The notes under the pieces are model-generated. The model ran no database searches. It saw only the letters and a program-made list of their open reading frames with translations, and was not told where the DNA came from. Made by a program: the position numbers and the translations under genes. A stretch of 63,616 bases of DNA, filler included. It is 6 parts of 6 records of this genome, joined end to end, with 100 filler letters (N's around TTAATTAATTAA, not from the genome) between each part and the next. Parts side by side here need not be neighbours in the genome. Positions count along the whole stretch, not along the records: positions 30,924 to 48,738 come from DRR723986_5065; 5 more parts are not named here. The stretch is one strand, 5' to 3'. How positions within the stretch are numbered: the stretch's first letter is position 1; every line of letters starts with the position of its first letter. Below are positions 41,139 to 48,738 of this stretch, piece after piece.

Positions 41139-42593
41139 ATGTCGTTGCAATACTCGCGTTTCGCTTCGCTAAGATGGAAGCTCCTTCTGCCAATCCTTGC
41201 GTCGGCCATCGTCATTGCGACGCTGGTTGCAGTGTTTTCGTTTCTTGTCGGCCGACATCGTGCGCTGTCAGAACTTGATCAGCGGCGGGCTGCGGTTGAA
41301 CGGACAATATTGTCAGCAAGTTTTCCGCTGACCGCTCCAGTTGCGAAAGCCATTGCAACACTGGCAGATGTCGAACTGGTTGTTCTGAACGCCGATTATG
41401 AACTGGATTCGTCGACGCTTCCGGTGGATCCGACTTCAACCCGGCTTTTCGGGGCGGTCAAGAATGCTGACGGCACCACTAGCGCTTCCGGTATCCAGGC
41501 CGCCGGTGAAACGGTCATCGACGGAGAAGAGTATCTGGTCTGGCTGTTGGATCGGAAGTCCCTGCCCTCAGATCAAAACAGCGGGCAGCATGTTGTACTG
41601 CTTTTCGAAAAGTCCGCTGTAACCGATGCAAGTCTGCGTGCTGCGACTTGGCCGCTCATCACAGGGCTAACGATTACGGCCTTGTTGAGCACGGTGGTCC
41701 TGTTGAGTACATCGCGTTTGGCGAGACGGATTCGTGACCTGCAGCAATGCGTACGAAAGGTTGCGCTTGGCAATTTCGATGAAGGTGTGAAGGATCTCTC
41801 GCCCGACGAATTGGGCCGCCTTGGACAAGATGTCAATGCAATGGGCGGCCAGTTGCAGAGTCTCTGGGCAACGGTCCAGCGCGAGGAGAGTACTCGTTTG
41901 CTTCACCAATTGTCAGCCGGCATGGCTCATCAGCTTCGCAATACGCTCACTGGTGCAAGACTTGCTCTTGAGCTCTATGTAAGCGAATTGACTGGTGGTC
42001 AAAAAACGGGTGCGGCGACATCGATGCAGCCCGAAGAGCTGGTTGTCGTTGACCGAGAGCTGACTCGTGCGGAAGAATTTGTGCGGCGTTTGCTGATGGT
42101 CGGTGCTGGGGAGCAGAGGATCGAAGATCGCCCGGCGTGCATTGCTGATTGTTTGAGTGACCTCAAGTCCAGCCACGACATCGTGGCGGACCACTTGTCG
42201 GTTGAAATGACGTGGAGCTTGCCGGCGAATTCCGCGTTCTATCAAGTGGCCGATGGAGGAACACTGGTGGCTGCCATTTCGAATCTGATCCTCAACGCAA
42301 TCGATGCTGGGACGAACGTTCGGGTTCAAGGCAGTCTGCAGGATGCAACGCTCACGATCGACGTCTCCGATGACGGGCCTGGGATATTGGATGAAGTCAA
42401 AGAGAATCTCTTTCAACCGCTTGTCACATCTAAGCCAGAAGGACTGGGGCTGGGGCTGGCCCTCGTGCAGCGCGCTGCAGAAAAACTCCATGGCGGAGTA
42501 TCATGGAATCGCAGGGAAGGAATAACCACGTTTTCCATTAATTTCCCCGTTCAACCTCTCAAAAGTGACAGTGATGGCGCGAGCAACATCTAA
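41139..42593 (+). CDS. HAMP-containing sensor histidine kinase
   Basis: Two TMs, HAMP (DELGRLG..VNAM), H-box AHQLRNTL, NLILNA, DDGPG, GLGLGL. Confidence 0.93.
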   Translation: MSLQYSRFASLRWKLLLPILASAIVIATLVAVFSFLVGRHRALSELDQRRAAVERTILSASFPLTAPVAKAIATLADVELVVLNADYELDSSTLPVDPTSTRLFGAVKNADGTTSASGIQAAGETVIDGEEYLVWLLDRKSLPSDQNSGQHVVLLFEKSAVTDASLRAATWPLITGLTITALLSTVVLLSTSRLARRIRDLQQCVRKVALGNFDEGVKDLSPDELGRLGQDVNAMGGQLQSLWATVQREESTRLLHQLSAGMAHQLRNTLTGARLALELYVSELTGGQKTGAATSMQPEELVVVDRELTRAEEFVRRLLMVGAGEQRIEDRPACIADCLSDLKSSHDIVADHLSVEMTWSLPANSAFYQVADGGTLVAAISNLILNAIDAGTNVRVQGSLQDATLTIDVSDDGPGILDEVKENLFQPLVTSKPEGLGLGLALVQRAAEKLHGGVSWNRREGITTFSINFPVQPLKSDSDGASNI

Positions 42594-42645
42594 GAGCTAT
42601 AACGTGTCGAAGAATCGAGATGTGCATGTCAGCCAAGGAAGCGTG

Positions 42646-44073
42646 ATGGCAAGTGTGTTAGTTGTTGATGACGAACCGGCAATTTGTTGGGCCATCCGGC
42701 GGGCGCTCGAGAAAATGGGCTACTCCGTTGCCACCGCATCGTCCGCAGAGGAGGGGCTGGAAATTGCGCGAACCGATGTGCCAGCACTGGTGTTTCTTGA
42801 TGTCCGCTTGCCAAAGGAAGACGGCCTAACCTCCCTTCCGAAGTTCTTGGATACCACACAGGGTGCGCCGGTCGTAATCATGACCGCCTTTGGTGATCTC
42901 GCCACTGCAGTTCTTGCCGTTGAACGCGGGGCAGCAGATTACGTTACGAAGCCGTTTAAGTTGGAGGACATTGAGGCGGCCTGTAAAGCTCACCTTAGCC
43001 GCCGCGCTGATCCAGAACCCACCGATCAGCAGCGCCAGCGATCGGCTAAAAATGAAGACGATGGGCCTGACGCTGTTAGCAGGAAGCAGGAGCTTGTTGG
43101 GTGTTCCGCGGCAATGCAAAGCGTCTTCCGGCAGATCGCATTTTTTGCCAAGAGTGAATTGTCAGTACTGATCACTGGCGAGACAGGCACCGGGAAGGAG
43201 CTCGTCGCCGCTGCCATCCATCGCCATAGCAGTCGTTGTGATCAGCCGTATCTAGCGGTTGCTCCGGTAGCGATGAACCCAGACTTGATCGAGAGTGAGC
43301 TTTTCGGGCATGTACGCGGCGCTTTTACAGGAGCTGAGTCGGATCGCGTGGGATTGTTCGAAGCTGCCGAGGGAGGAACGATTCTGCTAGATGAGATCGG
43401 CGACTTGCCACCTGCTTTGCAAGCAAAGCTATTGCGCGTACTTGAAGCTGGAGAGTATTGCCGAGTTGGTGAGGTCGCACCGCGGAATTGTGATGTCCGA
43501 GTACTCGCTGCAACCAGTTGCGATCTGCAGGGGGCGATCGCTGACGGGCGGTTCAGAGAAGATCTGTTTTATCGAATCAACGGAATGCACATCCACTTGC
43601 CGCCGTTGCGACATCGCCCCGATGATTTCCGACCTCTATGCGAGTATTTCTTAGGCGAAGTGGATGCCAATCAAGGTGGCAAGATCGATGAGCAATTGCT
43701 AGCGGAACTGGCGAAGCGACACTGGCCGGGGAACATCCGAGAACTTCGAAACGCTGTTCGCCATGCCGCCGTGCTGGCGAGGGGGCGTGCCATGCAGGTG
43801 CAAGATTTTCCCGTCGCAGCAACCCTTGGAGACCATCAAGACGCAGGAGAGGATGCTGCGGTCGAGCAGTTTGTGTGGCAGTGGGCAAAGCGGTATGCAG
43901 ATGAGAGCCAGGATGGCGGTGATCTGCTCGGCGCGTTTATGGCGGCGACCGAACCGGCTCTGATGAAATTTGCAATTGAATCTTGTGGTGGCAATCGTGC
44001 TCGTGCCGCCGAGTTGCTTGGAATCCACCGCGGTACACTGCGCGATCGATTGCGCAGCTATGGCATTGAATGA
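42646..44073 (+). CDS. sigma54-dependent (NtrC-family) response regulator
   Basis: Receiver VVDDE/LDVRLP, GETGTGKE, GAFTGA, DEIGD, FREDLFYR, WPGNIREL, C-terminal Fis HTH. Confidence 0.95.
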   Translation: MASVLVVDDEPAICWAIRRALEKMGYSVATASSAEEGLEIARTDVPALVFLDVRLPKEDGLTSLPKFLDTTQGAPVVIMTAFGDLATAVLAVERGAADYVTKPFKLEDIEAACKAHLSRRADPEPTDQQRQRSAKNEDDGPDAVSRKQELVGCSAAMQSVFRQIAFFAKSELSVLITGETGTGKELVAAAIHRHSSRCDQPYLAVAPVAMNPDLIESELFGHVRGAFTGAESDRVGLFEAAEGGTILLDEIGDLPPALQAKLLRVLEAGEYCRVGEVAPRNCDVRVLAATSCDLQGAIADGRFREDLFYRINGMHIHLPPLRHRPDDFRPLCEYFLGEVDANQGGKIDEQLLAELAKRHWPGNIRELRNAVRHAAVLARGRAMQVQDFPVAATLGDHQDAGEDAAVEQFVWQWAKRYADESQDGGDLLGAFMAATEPALMKFAIESCGGNRARAAELLGIHRGTLRDRLRSYGIE

Positions 44074-44383
44074 CGTCGCGAGTTACTTAAGGGCACAAAA
44101 AGAGCATAAGTGTAGTACACTGTCGCAGAGTGCTCGGTGAGATCATTTTCCGAGCTTCGCAATCGAAGGCGGTCCTGCGGAGCGTGTTGCGGAAGCGGGC
44201 GCTTCTCGCCGTTCACACCACCGGGGCGAAGCTCTTAGGCCCGAGAATCGGTGTTGGTGAAAAATATTTTGCAAGAATTTTGACGCCGTTTCATCGCCTG
44301 AAAAATAGCGCTATGGCGGCTCGAAATACTACGTTGCAATGACTTGAAAAATCCAAGTTGCGGTTCAGCGAAAAGTAGCAACT

Positions 44384-44417
44384 TGTTACAATCGTGAACC
44401 GCATTGCAAGCTTTACA
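44384..44417 (+). promoter_or_regulatory. candidate extended -10 promoter and conserved downstream box, module copy 1
   Basis: TGTTACAAT...CGCATTGCAAGCTTTACAC, matched by 46547-46580. Confidence 0.45.
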
Positions 44418-44571
44418 CTGCAGTCCATCTACGCCCATGGGTTGCTGATTGAACGGGTTGAATACCGCTTGGGCGAACCGCATCGTTGGGTGGTGGCCAG
44501 CCCCACCTCCGGCTGATTGCGTGCTTCTGTGCAACACGGTGTAGGTTGAGGGTGCTCTCCATTACCTCGGT

Positions 44572-44613
44572 GCGCACCCAGCGCACGCTGAGCGCACGCC
44601 GTCTCCAGCGCAT
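44572..44613 (+). repeat. short direct repeats GCGCA(C/T) upstream of ORF A1
   Basis: GCGCAC at 44572, 44581, 44592 and GCGCAT at 44608. Confidence 0.55.
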
Positions 44614-44675
44614 CGCCCGGAGCGGAATTGACGTTTCAAAATGCAGTCCAGGAATTTCACCAGGAACGGCAAACG

Positions 44676-45338
44676 ATGTCTGACAAAAGTATCCGAATCG
44701 ACAACCCCGCGCACGCTCGGTCCAGCGATGTTGCTTACCCTGCTACTCCTGATGCTCGCAATTATGCCCGTTTGTCGTACAAGAACAAACGCTATCATCT
44801 AGGCAAGTACGACTCTCCGGAGAGCTATGCGACCTATGCCATCTGGAGGGCAACGATTGACCGTACGGGGGAGGCGCCAGAGCTAGCAACGATACGTAGC
44901 CATGTGCAAGCATTTCTCGCTAACGAGCCAGCTAAACAACCCGTTTACACTCGAAAGTGGTTTGCCGGATCGCTCATCGTTTCCGCCTTTCTAGTTGCTT
45001 TTAGTATCGTTTCGGCGTCTCAAATAATCTCAAGTCGAAGTCACGCCAAAGTCGATGGCATCGCAATGTCTGAAAATGAGATTCTGCAGGTCCGCAACAC
45101 GCGTGCTTACTTTGACAAGCAAGCCGCGAGACGCGCATCGCCAGAATCAGTAGCTACAAGAGCTTTGTTGCTCAAGAAGTTGGAGCTTGAAGGCAGTGCG
45201 AGTTTACCAATACCCGAGATTCCCGAAGACATCCGTCACTTTGCTAAGCCGGCATTTCCTGATCTTCCCAGCCGGGATGTTAGTCGGAATGCTTCTGGTG
45301 GCTACGCAGGGGAAGGCGGAAGCGACGCGATCAATTGA
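44676..45338 (+). CDS. ORF A1: hypothetical membrane protein with integrase-arm-like N-terminus
   Basis: 220 aa from ATG 44676; YARLSYKNKRYHLGKYDSPESY; TM after KWFAG; about 49% identical to 46826-47476 by manual alignment. Confidence 0.85.
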   Translation: MSDKSIRIDNPAHARSSDVAYPATPDARNYARLSYKNKRYHLGKYDSPESYATYAIWRATIDRTGEAPELATIRSHVQAFLANEPAKQPVYTRKWFAGSLIVSAFLVAFSIVSASQIISSRSHAKVDGIAMSENEILQVRNTRAYFDKQAARRASPESVATRALLLKKLELEGSASLPIPEIPEDIRHFAKPAFPDLPSRDVSRNASGGYAGEGGSDAIN

Positions 45339-45618
45339 ACCTTCTCCGGCATCAATTGAGCATGCTGTGTCACTGATTGCACCGGAGTTAATCGCGCCGG
45401 ATATGCTAGCACCGACAGACGATCCATGTGCAGCCGAGAGACTGGCTTATGCAAATGCCTACGCTGATTATCTCGACGCACTTCAAGCGGCCCATGCGGC
45501 GTTGTTGGCACTTGAAGTATGCGAATTTGTTGCCAATCCAGAAGAGCCTGAAGACGAAGAAGCCGCTTCTGCGCGGCTAGAGCAATTGGCTTCGATGAAG
45601 TCCGTGCTTGTAAGATAG
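45241..45618 (+). CDS. ORF B1: small exported helical protein with C-x30-C
   Basis: Paralog of 47364-47720; hydrophobic signal-like segment ending AEA; start uncertain (TTG 45241 is conserved in both copies). Confidence 0.75.
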   Translation: MLSRHFLIFPAGMLVGMLLVATQGKAEATRSIEPSPASIEHAVSLIAPELIAPDMLAPTDDPCAAERLAYANAYADYLDALQAAHAALLALEVCEFVANPEEPEDEEAASARLEQLASMKSVLVR

Positions 45619-45633
45619 TACTTTGGTGCAACA

Positions 45634-45695
45634 GCGTGGGCAGCCGTAAACAGCTATGGGGCTAATCATGGTGTGCGGCTGCCCACGCCTTCTTT
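45634..45695 (+). terminator. conserved long hairpin after ORF B1
   Basis: GCGTGGGCAGCCG (45634-45646) pairs with CGGCTGCCCACGC (45676-45688); inner stem; followed by CTTCTTT. Confidence 0.6.
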
Positions 45696-46546
45696 GTTGC
45701 CTGAATTGTGCTCAGTCCTGGGACTCCCTCTCATTCGGCGACGCACACCCGCCTACTTTACTAATCTTTCATCGTGCCGGTCCGACTTCATGCGACATGC
45801 ATGGGTGCTGATGCCGTTACTCTTGCTGGCATCAGGTGCGGCGACCGGCATCAGTGCGTGCTTCTCGGACACGTAACAGCGCCCCGTGGTTATCCATCGA
45901 TCGAGGATTCCTGCACGCATACGCTAGTGAGCGAACTCGCTGGGGTGCGGTAGCATTGGAGCATCAGGATCCCACTGTTAGGCCCGAAGCAGTCATTCGA
46001 GTACTTGGCGTCGAGTGAGCTCTGCCTGATGCCCCCTGCACTGAGGAGTAAACCTCGTTGTGGTTGAGCCTGCGTTGGTTCGTTTGGATTGACAGACTCG
46101 TCGCCCTCACGTCGAGACCCGGGCATGAAGCTGGAGGCCCAGGGAGTGGAGCTGTCGAGCGACCCGCACGGGGCATCTGTGCCGCATCGAGAGTGGATTC
46201 GGCCTTGGTGAGTCATCCAGGATCCGGTTTCGTCGTCAGCGCAGCCGCTAGATGCCAGACCGCCCAGAGGAGATGCCTGAAATCTGAGTCGGTTTAGCCA
46301 GGCGATTTGACTCTGCAGTCACACATCGCCGTTGGCAATTACGGCACGTGGAACCTCATCTATGGGGTGCTCCTACCCCCTCAGTTCGGAGAGAAGCACG
46401 CCAGGCAATGGACTGACGCTCAAAAAAAATCTGATCAATTTTGGCTGACTAAGAGCAGCTGGTTGGCACCGCTGAGGTGCCCAAAATCTGAGTCGCCATC
46501 TAGACCGATCAAATTGCGCACGGTCCTCCAAAGGCTAATTGCTAGC

Positions 46547-46580
46547 TGCTACAATGATCGTCGCTTTGCAAGCATAACAC
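46547..46580 (+). promoter_or_regulatory. candidate extended -10 promoter and conserved downstream box, module copy 2
   Basis: TGCTACAAT...CGCTTTGCAAGCATAACAC; similar distance to ATG as in copy 1. Confidence 0.45.
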
Positions 46581-46709
46581 CGAAGTTCACCACGGCACGT
46601 TCGCAAGTCGCGGGCATCAGCGGTTTGTCGTCGCTGCCACGCAGGTTGCTGGGGCAGTTCGTGAGTTTCATCGCTTGAAAATGCGCGAACCTGCACAGCG
46701 CCCGCGTAT

Positions 46710-46746
46710 TCGCCAGCTTTCGCCACCCATTCGCCAGGTGTCGCCA
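46710..46746 (+). repeat. four helically phased TCGCCA direct repeats upstream of ORF A2
   Basis: TCGCCA at 46710, 46720, 46731, 46741 (spacing 10, 11, 10). Confidence 0.7.
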
Positions 46747-46825
46747 GCAGGCTCGCGGACCAAACAAAACTAAGGCGCAGGACGTTGTTCCGGCTGGGCA
46801 ATGAACCACTGAGGCTTCACCACTG

Positions 46826-47476
46826 ATGGATAATGCTAACATTCGCGTTGACTCCCCCTCTGCACGCCTGTCCTATCCGAGTGAGCGAGACAAGAAGGGG
46901 TATGCTCGTCTCTCCTTGAAAAGCAAACGCTATCATTTCGGACGATACGGTACACCGGAGAGCTATGCGACCTTCGCCCTATGGAGTGCCGAACTGGCTA
47001 GGACGGGGGAGGCACCGGAGATTGCTAGTATTAAGCCACACGTCCGGGATTTCTTGTCTGGGCAGCCTTCCGGACAGCCGGCTTATACTAAGAAATGGTT
47101 CGCTGGAGGGCTCGTCTCGGCGGCTCTTGTTCTCGGATTGTGCGCAATTTTCGCAGGCTACTTAGCCTCAAGAATCAAGCCGCCCCAAGTCGATGGCATC
47201 GCAATGTCCCAAACTGAGATTTTGCGAATTCGCAATACACGCTTGGTCGACGCACAGAGAGATGCACGCCGTGCTTCCTTTGATGCAATCGCGACGAAAG
47301 CAGTGTTGCTCGAAAAATTGGAGCGCGAAGGCAGTGCCAGTTTACCGTTACCAAAGTTGCCAGATGACGTCCGTCGCCTTGCTAAGCCGCCGCTTCCTGA
47401 TGTTTCCAGCCGGAGTGGTCCTGGGGGCCTTCCTAGCGTTGACGATCCAGCAGGCGGCAGCTCGCAGCGTGAGTGA
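46826..47476 (+). CDS. ORF A2: paralog of ORF A1
   Basis: YARLSLKSKRYHFGRYGTPESY, RTGEAPE, KWFAG-TM, VDGIAMS..EIL..RNTR, ARRAS, EGSASLP shared with A1. Confidence 0.87.
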   Translation: MDNANIRVDSPSARLSYPSERDKKGYARLSLKSKRYHFGRYGTPESYATFALWSAELARTGEAPEIASIKPHVRDFLSGQPSGQPAYTKKWFAGGLVSAALVLGLCAIFAGYLASRIKPPQVDGIAMSQTEILRIRNTRLVDAQRDARRASFDAIATKAVLLEKLEREGSASLPLPKLPDDVRRLAKPPLPDVSSRSGPGGLPSVDDPAGGSSQRE

Positions 47477-47720
47477 GCCCGCGGTGGAGCTCGTTTCGCC
47501 CGAGTTGCTGACTCCGACGGAAGATCCCTGCGAAAGCGAACGGGAAGCTTACGCGAATGCATACAGTGACTATCTACTTGCCGTCCAAGCGGCTCAGGCT
47601 GCATTGGCAGTGCTTGAGAGCTGCGAGTTAGTCCACGATCCAGAAGAGCCCGAGGAGCCATTAGCCGCTAGGGCAAGAATCGACGATCTCGCTTCGATGC
47701 ACTCTGTGCTTCAGAGATAG
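47364..47720 (+). CDS. ORF B2: paralog of ORF B1
   Basis: MTSVALLSRRFLMFPAGVVLGAFLAL...AAA signal-like N-terminus; DPC..ER.AYANAY.DYL.A.QAA.AAL..LE.CE; LASM.SVL.R end. Confidence 0.8.
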   Translation: MTSVALLSRRFLMFPAGVVLGAFLALTIQQAAARSVSEPAVELVSPELLTPTEDPCESEREAYANAYSDYLLAVQAAQAALAVLESCELVHDPEEPEEPLAARARIDDLASMHSVLQR

Positions 47721-47735
47721 CATTACGATGCAACA

Positions 47736-47797
47736 GCGTGGGCAGCCGAGCATAGCTATGGGGCAATTCATGGTGTGCGACTGCCCACGCCTTTTCT
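47736..47797 (+). terminator. conserved long hairpin after ORF B2
   Basis: GCGTGGGCAG...CTGCCCACGC outer stem, GCATA/TGTGC, CTATGGG-GCAA-TTCATGG, followed by CTTTTCT. Confidence 0.6.
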
Positions 47798-48639
47798 ACT
47801 CGACGTAAAGAAGCTCGGGTTCGGCTGTAACATCCACCAAACACGCCCGAGTCGATGGACGCTACCATCGATGCCGAACCCGAGCCACCCTTTCTTTCGG
47901 CACAACAAGTGAAGGCACTTGATCGAACTTCCCTGTCGCTACGTTAGGTGCAGCCAAGTGTGTGGCTTGATCGCTTGGTTGCGTTTGGTAAAGCCCTTGT
48001 CCCACGTTGCTTATGCTTGCCTAACGTCATCTGGCGTCTGCCTGAACATCTGGGCAATCCCAATGCAGAATTTTCTGGCAGCACACAACGGCTTGCATGC
48101 GTTTATGGTTAGCGTGGGGGTGTCAAGACTTGGTCACGAGGGGACACTGGTGGCCGCTTCTCGAGAAACTTAATTCTTTCATGGCGAGGGTGTTTGGATT
48201 TCAGCCGGTCGGTTGGAGTTGTGAGCAGCTCATTTCTGGACGCGAGTTCGAATTGCGGGCGTTAGTACACGGGGGCTACGGGTAAAACTATGTGATCTTT
48301 GCGAGGCAGGATCCTTGCAACCTCAGAACCTGAAACCCAGCATCTTTGCTGCGTTCAGATGTCGTGCCAACGATACGGCTCTGAGGAGTCGATTCACTCG
48401 CTTAACCGTCACGGCTCGCGGCGCAAGCGGTTTGTGGGCTGAAGCTTGCTTTACCGCCTAGTAACCATTTTCCGGGGTTCTCTGGATGGCAATGAGGTTT
48501 ACTTGTGCGGTCGTTGCACTTCCTCAACCAGCCCCCCGATTTAGCTGGGGCTCTTTGTTGCTGTTTATCCGTTGGGAGAGTATACTTCGCCAAACCCCTC
48601 AAGTGTCTGCCTTTCGCCCCCCTTCTTAGGCTGTCTCTG

Positions 48640-48738
48640 ATGCTTTTTCGCCTTGTACTAGGTTGCTTCCTGTCTTTAACGTCAGTCTCGCAATGCTCTG
48701 CTGACTTGATATTAACGCTAACGGATGCCGGAGCTGGC
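48640..48738 (+). CDS. 5' fragment of an exported protein (PEP-CTERM-like N-terminus)
   Basis: MLFRLVLGCFLSLTSVSQCSA-DLILTLTDAGAG, signal peptide; truncated by gap. Confidence 0.5.

Noticed and set aside
44676-47476. Reading ORF A copies as integrase pseudogenes or a prophage
   Set aside because: Both ORFs are intact and conserved through the TM and C-terminal region; no R-H-R-Y catalytic motif, att-flanked tRNA or phage genes are visible
45628-47797. CRISPR interpretation of the repeated hairpin or of the phased hexamers
   Set aside because: Only two copies 2.1 kb apart; hexamers too short; no cas genes
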